IMG/VR virus record: IMGVR_UViG_3300034103_001746
Coordinates: 32,001 to 96,000 of that record
Direction: 5' to 3' (one strand)
DNA: 64,000 nucleotides
DNA from: a virus
Shown here: piece after piece, positions 59,834 through 64,000 of the stretch
How the letters are laid out: each line of letters starts with the position of its first letter
Numbering within the stretch: the stretch's first letter is position 1
Made by a program: the position numbers and the translations under genes
The notes under the pieces: generated by a model
Told to the model about the DNA's origin: nothing
The model's database searches: none
The model's input: the letters and a program-made list of their open reading frames with translations, nothing else

Positions 59834-60627
59834 AGTGAATCCTCTATTTCTATTGTCTTTTCGTTTGAGTTTTTTATGTCTTTAATAGCGTTGATTAATT
59901 TAGTATAAACAATACTTGCTCGTGATTGAGAATAGTCATGTATTTGTTTAACCCTAATCAAGGACAATCCTTTTCCTATTATCAATCCTGTTTTTTTCTT
60001 ATCATACTTTTGATTTCTAGCCAAAACATCTTCTCCCCACACGGGAAGAAAATGAGAAGGACCATCAACCTCAATTGCTAGATTCATTGTAGGAAGAAAG
60101 AGGTCAATTTGCAACTTTGTATTTGATAAGATTTGTTCTTTATGAAACTCTACAACAAACCCATCTTCTAGTAATTTTTGTAGAAGAAATTTTTCTAGTT
60201 TTGATCCTGTTTTACTGCTTTTCCTCACAGCTTGATTAGCTGATGCTATAATATTTTCTTTTTGATCGTCATCTAATGCTTGCCATGCTAATTTACTTTT
60301 ATGTTTTCTAGCATCCAGCGTTTGCTGATCCATATCATCCCAAGACTTCATTACAGACAATCCAATTTTACTTTTTGTAATTTCGTCTCTTGATAAACCT
60401 TTAGTTGGATGTTTATGTTTACCAGTCTGTAACGCATTTATTTGGGCTGCGCTTTTGTCTCTAATTGGTATACCTAATTTTTTAGCGTCTCTTCTAATTT
60501 TATTGGCATAGGTTCCACACTCACTAGCTATGTCGGCAAAACTTTTTTTCTGAACTAAATATTGTTCATTAATTAAAGCTATTTTTTGTTGATCTGATAA
60601 TTTATTATACTTTGGTAATAACATCAT
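59830..60627 (-). CDS. Vsr/DUF559-like endonuclease with N-terminal HTH
   Basis: SKLEKFL...IDLFLP...AIEVDGPSHF...DKKK...G..LIRV nuclease core, an N-terminal SFADIASECGTYANKIRR HTH, and a basic linker. Confidence 0.75.
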   Translation of the reverse strand: MMLLPKYNKLSDQQKIALINEQYLVQKKSFADIASECGTYANKIRRDAKKLGIPIRDKSAAQINALQTGKHKHPTKGLSRDEITKSKIGLSVMKSWDDMDQQTLDARKHKSKLAWQALDDDQKENIIASANQAVRKSSKTGSKLEKFLLQKLLEDGFVVEFHKEQILSNTKLQIDLFLPTMNLAIEVDGPSHFLPVWGEDVLARNQKYDKKKTGLIIGKGLSLIRVKQIHDYSQSRASIVYTKLINAIKDIKNSNEKTIEIEDSL

Positions 60628-61069
60628 AAAGTTCCTTAGCGTTTATGTTTTCTATCGTTGCTATAGGTTGCGACCAGCATATACTTAGTAAGTCTTCTAT
60701 TTCTTTATTTCTAGCTATAAGCTTAATATCTGGATTAACATATATACCATGCCAAAACATTACTGGTATAGTATGGTCATTAGACCAGCTTAATTCATCA
60801 ACATAAAGTATTTGTTTTTCTGGAGACGGAAAGGTTTTTGTGACCATAGCGCTTTTAATATCAAAGCACACCAATTTGCCTCTAAAGTATTTGGCTTGAT
60901 TAAGATGTATTATAGGAAATTTTTTATTGGAATCTGTACGATTAAATTGACTATTAAATAGTATGATATTATCATAAGGATGTTGATCGATCATGTCGTT
61001 TAATATATCAATAATCCTATTGCATTTATCAGAATGATCAGCGTTTATTAAATAAAAAGCTATGTCCAC
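60605..61069 (-). CDS. Hypothetical protein, possible GT-B half-domain
   Basis: 154 aa with an alpha/beta pattern (IAFYL..., KQILYVDELSW, LIARNKE), inside the glycosyl cluster. Confidence 0.45.
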   Translation of the reverse strand: MDIAFYLINADHSDKCNRIIDILNDMIDQHPYDNIILFNSQFNRTDSNKKFPIIHLNQAKYFRGKLVCFDIKSAMVTKTFPSPEKQILYVDELSWSNDHTIPVMFWHGIYVNPDIKLIARNKEIEDLLSICWSQPIATIENINAKELYDVITKV

Positions 61070-61070
61070 T

Positions 61071-61796
61071 TTATGCCTCTATAAGTTTTAGAAGTTTATT
61101 GTTTATAAAATTTTCCATAGAATATTGTTGAATATTATCTTTTAACGATATCAAATTTAATTCTTTTATATTGTCTATTAAATTACCATTTAAAGATATA
61201 TTTTTAATTCCACAAGACTGTGCCTCAAGACTATAAGATTGTGTTAAATCTAACACATATTCAAATTTATTCAATAATACAGCCATATCAGCGCTATTAG
61301 CTAGTCCAATATTTTGAGGGTGATTAAATTGGGGATTATTGATTAATACAATTTTAGTATTACTTTTAGGATATAGGATATCGTCTAACAGCTGATGATT
61401 GATAGTATTATCATTATGCAATATAGTTAAAATTTTATCATTTCTTTGTGTTTTTAAATCCACAAATACTGTTGAATCATATATATATTCATAAGTTTCA
61501 CCTTGCTTTATGGTTTTAATATTAAACTTATGACAATATTCGGTTAGATCCTTATGGACAATATCACCCATAAAAATAACGATGTTAATTTTGTCTTTAA
61601 ACGTATCAACAAACTCATGGAATTCTTGAGTATATTCATATATTGGTAAGATCACCGTATTTGGTTGATATTTATGATAGGCATCAAAAATATTACCATG
61701 TAAAGACCCATTAATAATATCAATCTTTTGATTAAGTTGTTGTAATAGTGGAAAGTATATTCTTTGATTGCAAACATGGGCTAAGATTTTATTCAT
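61071..61796 (-). CDS. Divergent glycosyltransferase-like protein
   Basis: C-terminal HPQNIG...DMAVLLNKFEYVL....YSLEAQSCG resembles the GT-B E-x7-E/EA..CG region. Confidence 0.5.
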   Translation of the reverse strand: MNKILAHVCNQRIYFPLLQQLNQKIDIINGSLHGNIFDAYHKYQPNTVILPIYEYTQEFHEFVDTFKDKINIVIFMGDIVHKDLTEYCHKFNIKTIKQGETYEYIYDSTVFVDLKTQRNDKILTILHNDNTINHQLLDDILYPKSNTKIVLINNPQFNHPQNIGLANSADMAVLLNKFEYVLDLTQSYSLEAQSCGIKNISLNGNLIDNIKELNLISLKDNIQQYSMENFINNKLLKLIEA

Positions 61797-62485
61797 ACTG
61801 TTTCTTTTATTTTGTTAGAGTCTTTTATACTGGAAATTTTGATAATACTATTATTTTTAGTTTTGACCGGATGATAAAGTGTACCAGCATCGATTGATTT
61901 ATTAATTAATTCAAATAAAAACATATTTCTCATAGACTGGTTGTATATAGTCTTATATTTGAGCATAGACGAGTTGTCAATGTATATTATTTCATTCCAC
62001 GCATTATCTGTTAAATTAAAAAACATGTGTTGTACTTTAGAATCAATAATCGTAAAACCAATAGGAAAATCCGCTTTATTAGAATTAGTATAATAGATTT
62101 TTGGTATTGTAAGATCAGAATTTAATAAATTATTTTTGATATCGTTATTAAACAATATGCCATTATTAATAATAATACATCCGTCATATTTTTTTGTATT
62201 GTATTGATTTAGTATAAGTTCAAAAGCATATCCGTGATTAGCTGATTCATATAAATCATTTTTTATGATATAAACATTTGGATATTCGATTCTTTTTTTA
62301 ATTTTATCCAATCCAAAACCCAAAATAACATACGTATCTATTACCTTATCTCTGATGTTGGCAATTTGACAATTTATTAATTCTTTAGATTTAGATTTTT
62401 TAGATTTTAATAAGCCTTTTGGGCCTACAGATTTCATACCTCTAGTAATTTCATAAGATAGAATAAAACAAGCTAATTTTTTCAT
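61793..62485 (-). CDS. Sugar-phosphate nucleotidyltransferase-like protein (LicC/MobA fold), divergent
   Basis: FILS....GMKSVGPKGLL...LINCQI...VILGF...IIKNDLYESAN...IINNGILF follows the NTP-transferase motif order. Confidence 0.65.
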   Translation of the reverse strand: MKKLACFILSYEITRGMKSVGPKGLLKSKKSKSKELINCQIANIRDKVIDTYVILGFGLDKIKKRIEYPNVYIIKNDLYESANHGYAFELILNQYNTKKYDGCIIINNGILFNNDIKNNLLNSDLTIPKIYYTNSNKADFPIGFTIIDSKVQHMFFNLTDNAWNEIIYIDNSSMLKYKTIYNQSMRNMFLFELINKSIDAGTLYHPVKTKNNSIIKISSIKDSNKIKETV

Positions 62486-62892
62486 AGTTTCTTTTGTAAA
62501 ACAATAACAACATGATTATTGTCATTATATATTTTATATATTTTGATACCATCCATTTGTGAAATAATTTCTATCATATCAGAATCTAAAAATAAAGACT
62601 TAGACTGAGCTACAATATTGGATAAAAATTGACTATTAGCATTTCCCTTAGCGACATCTTTGCAAATTTTTGTGGCGTTAAGAAACTTAAAAGTTAAAAA
62701 GCCAGAATTGGTTAGTTTTTTACATAAATTTACAATATACGAAACCCTATCCTTATACAAATAAGAGTCTAATACTCCACAGATAATTTCTCCGCACGTA
62801 CCATTAGTTACCTTATCTAGATGATCAATAGTCAAATTGAAATAACCATCAAGATTATCTGATTCTGTAATAACAATATTAAGTTTATTCAT
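62482..62892 (-). CDS. Truncated class I methyltransferase-like protein
   Basis: CGEIICGVLDSY...NLCKKLTNSGFLTF resembles MTase motifs (D.I....L...L.PGG.L). No N-terminal GxGxG. Confidence 0.4.
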   Translation of the reverse strand: MNKLNIVITESDNLDGYFNLTIDHLDKVTNGTCGEIICGVLDSYLYKDRVSYIVNLCKKLTNSGFLTFKFLNATKICKDVAKGNANSQFLSNIVAQSKSLFLDSDMIEIISQMDGIKIYKIYNDNNHVVIVLQKKL

Positions 62893-63806
62893 ATGATATA
62901 TGCCTCATTATTAGACTGATTAATAAGATTGCTGGTATGATTTTTAAATTTTTCAAAGTTGTAATTCAATTCTAGATGTGTCGTATATGTTTCTGTCAAT
63001 GGGGATATTAATGCTTGTTTAGCAACAGAAATAAGATCCTGAACGGTTCTTGCCATATATAAATTTGGCGTATTTGTATAATTATTAATTATCATGGGCG
63101 TAGCATATGTAATAACCTTACATCCACAAGCAACAGCGCACAAGAGATTAATAATATTATGTTCACCAAGATCTATACATACGGAATATTGATTAAATAA
63201 ATCTCTTATTAAGTCTATATCAAAATGAATCTCTGTTAAAATATCAATTTCGAGTCCTTGGCTGTGTAAAAATTGAGCTAATGGTTCTATATTTGGGGAT
63301 TTTTCAAAATTTAAAAGTAATACTTTGTTTGATCTAACTTTTTTCTCTGGATATAGTTTATTTGTAGGAACACCATAATTGTAGACAACGCGATTGTTGA
63401 GCCTCCACGAGTCCGCAACATCTTGAGAAAAGAATACTTTAGTATCTCTTCTTAGGTTTTGATCTAACAATACAACATCTTCTTTTTTAATTTGTTGTGG
63501 TTTATATGAGTGTGTAAAGATAATAGCGTTTAGATGCTCTACAGCAAATCTTTTGTGTGTCGAATATCCAATAATATTATTTGTAATACCAAGATTATAA
63601 TTAAATAGATGCTCTTGATTATTATCAACAAGAGTCATATTAGATTCTTTTAATCCTAAAAAATTATATGTTTTTGGTGAAAAAAGTCTAAATCCACTTT
63701 CTGATAATAGAAGATCAAATAAGCTTCTTTGTGGTTCATATAAAATGTTGATTGGTTGATTATTAAATTTATTTAATATATTACCAGTAATTTTGCTTAG
63801 ATACAT
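62889..63806 (-). CDS. Glycosyltransferase-like protein (GT-B)
   Basis: KVFFSQDVADSW...VYNYGVP...LFNQYSVCID...LLCAVACGCKVIT follows the GT4-like C-terminal motif. Confidence 0.6.
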   Translation of the reverse strand: MYLSKITGNILNKFNNQPINILYEPQRSLFDLLLSESGFRLFSPKTYNFLGLKESNMTLVDNNQEHLFNYNLGITNNIIGYSTHKRFAVEHLNAIIFTHSYKPQQIKKEDVVLLDQNLRRDTKVFFSQDVADSWRLNNRVVYNYGVPTNKLYPEKKVRSNKVLLLNFEKSPNIEPLAQFLHSQGLEIDILTEIHFDIDLIRDLFNQYSVCIDLGEHNIINLLCAVACGCKVITYATPMIINNYTNTPNLYMARTVQDLISVAKQALISPLTETYTTHLELNYNFEKFKNHTSNLINQSNNEAYII

Positions 63807-64000
63807 AGCTTAGAGCCTATACTTTCATAGGAGAAGTTATTTAAACACGACATACCATTTTGTTGTTTTCTTAAAAGTAGAGAATCCTGTTTTTGATGCA
63901 TATCATAAACCATTCTCATTTTTTCTATGAGATCATAAATATCAACTTTATACCAATATTCATTAGCATTATAAATATCAAAATCTTCAGACAGTGTTCT
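63797..64000 (-). CDS. C-terminal fragment of a probable glycosyltransferase (5' end outside the window)
   Basis: Open frame RTLSEDFDIYNANEYWYKVDIYDLIEKMRMVY...NFSYESIGSKLCI*. W...D...L...MR..Y and FSYE.IG are typical GT4 C-terminal features, and the stop overlaps the next start. Confidence 0.55.
   Translation of the reverse strand, partial: RTLSEDFDIYNANEYWYKVDIYDLIEKMRMVYDMHQKQDSLLLRKQQNGMSCLNNFSYESIGSKLCI

Noticed and set aside
1-64000. Stop-codon reassignment, as in some large phages
   Set aside because: Very long ORFs are intact under the standard code, and TAA, TGA and TAG all end genes at tight junctions. In-frame stops were seen only in the local pseudogene.
1-64000. tRNA, rRNA, CRISPR arrays, integrase or transposase
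   Set aside because: None was recognised. The intergenic gaps are few and short and show no cloverleaf or repeat-spacer pattern.

Overview
An AT-rich, densely coding segment of a large tailed dsDNA phage (Caudoviricetes). No tail sheath gene is evident, so it is probably a long-tailed siphovirus-type virion. Positions 1-57871 (+) form one virion morphogenesis block: tail fibre/adhesin genes (including a 3409-aa fibre), neck and head-tail joining genes, the tail tube, putative tail chaperones, a 3428-aa tape measure protein (TMP), a YadA-repeat fibre, tail tip/hub proteins and a 2654-aa Cys-rich giant protein. Positions 57855-64000 (-) form a convergent block: a membrane-anchored YfaP/DUF2135-like protein (weak hint of a Planctomycetota host), a Zn-ribbon protein, a Rad52/Sak-like annealing protein, a Vsr/DUF559-like nuclease, and a run of glycosyltransferase-, nucleotidyltransferase- and methyltransferase-like genes. 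Two signals stand out. (1) The TMP is built as a cassette array in which five copies of a GG...DTVPA(M/L)LTPGEFV...GG module delimit unrelated segments, one with a PD-(D/E)XK-like signature; it may be an injected polyprotein. (2) Ser-Gly is in excess in surface structural proteins but not in the TMP, next to a glycosyltransferase cluster, which suggests virion glycosylation. All family assignments come from motif recognition by eye; no searches were run, and counts are manual.
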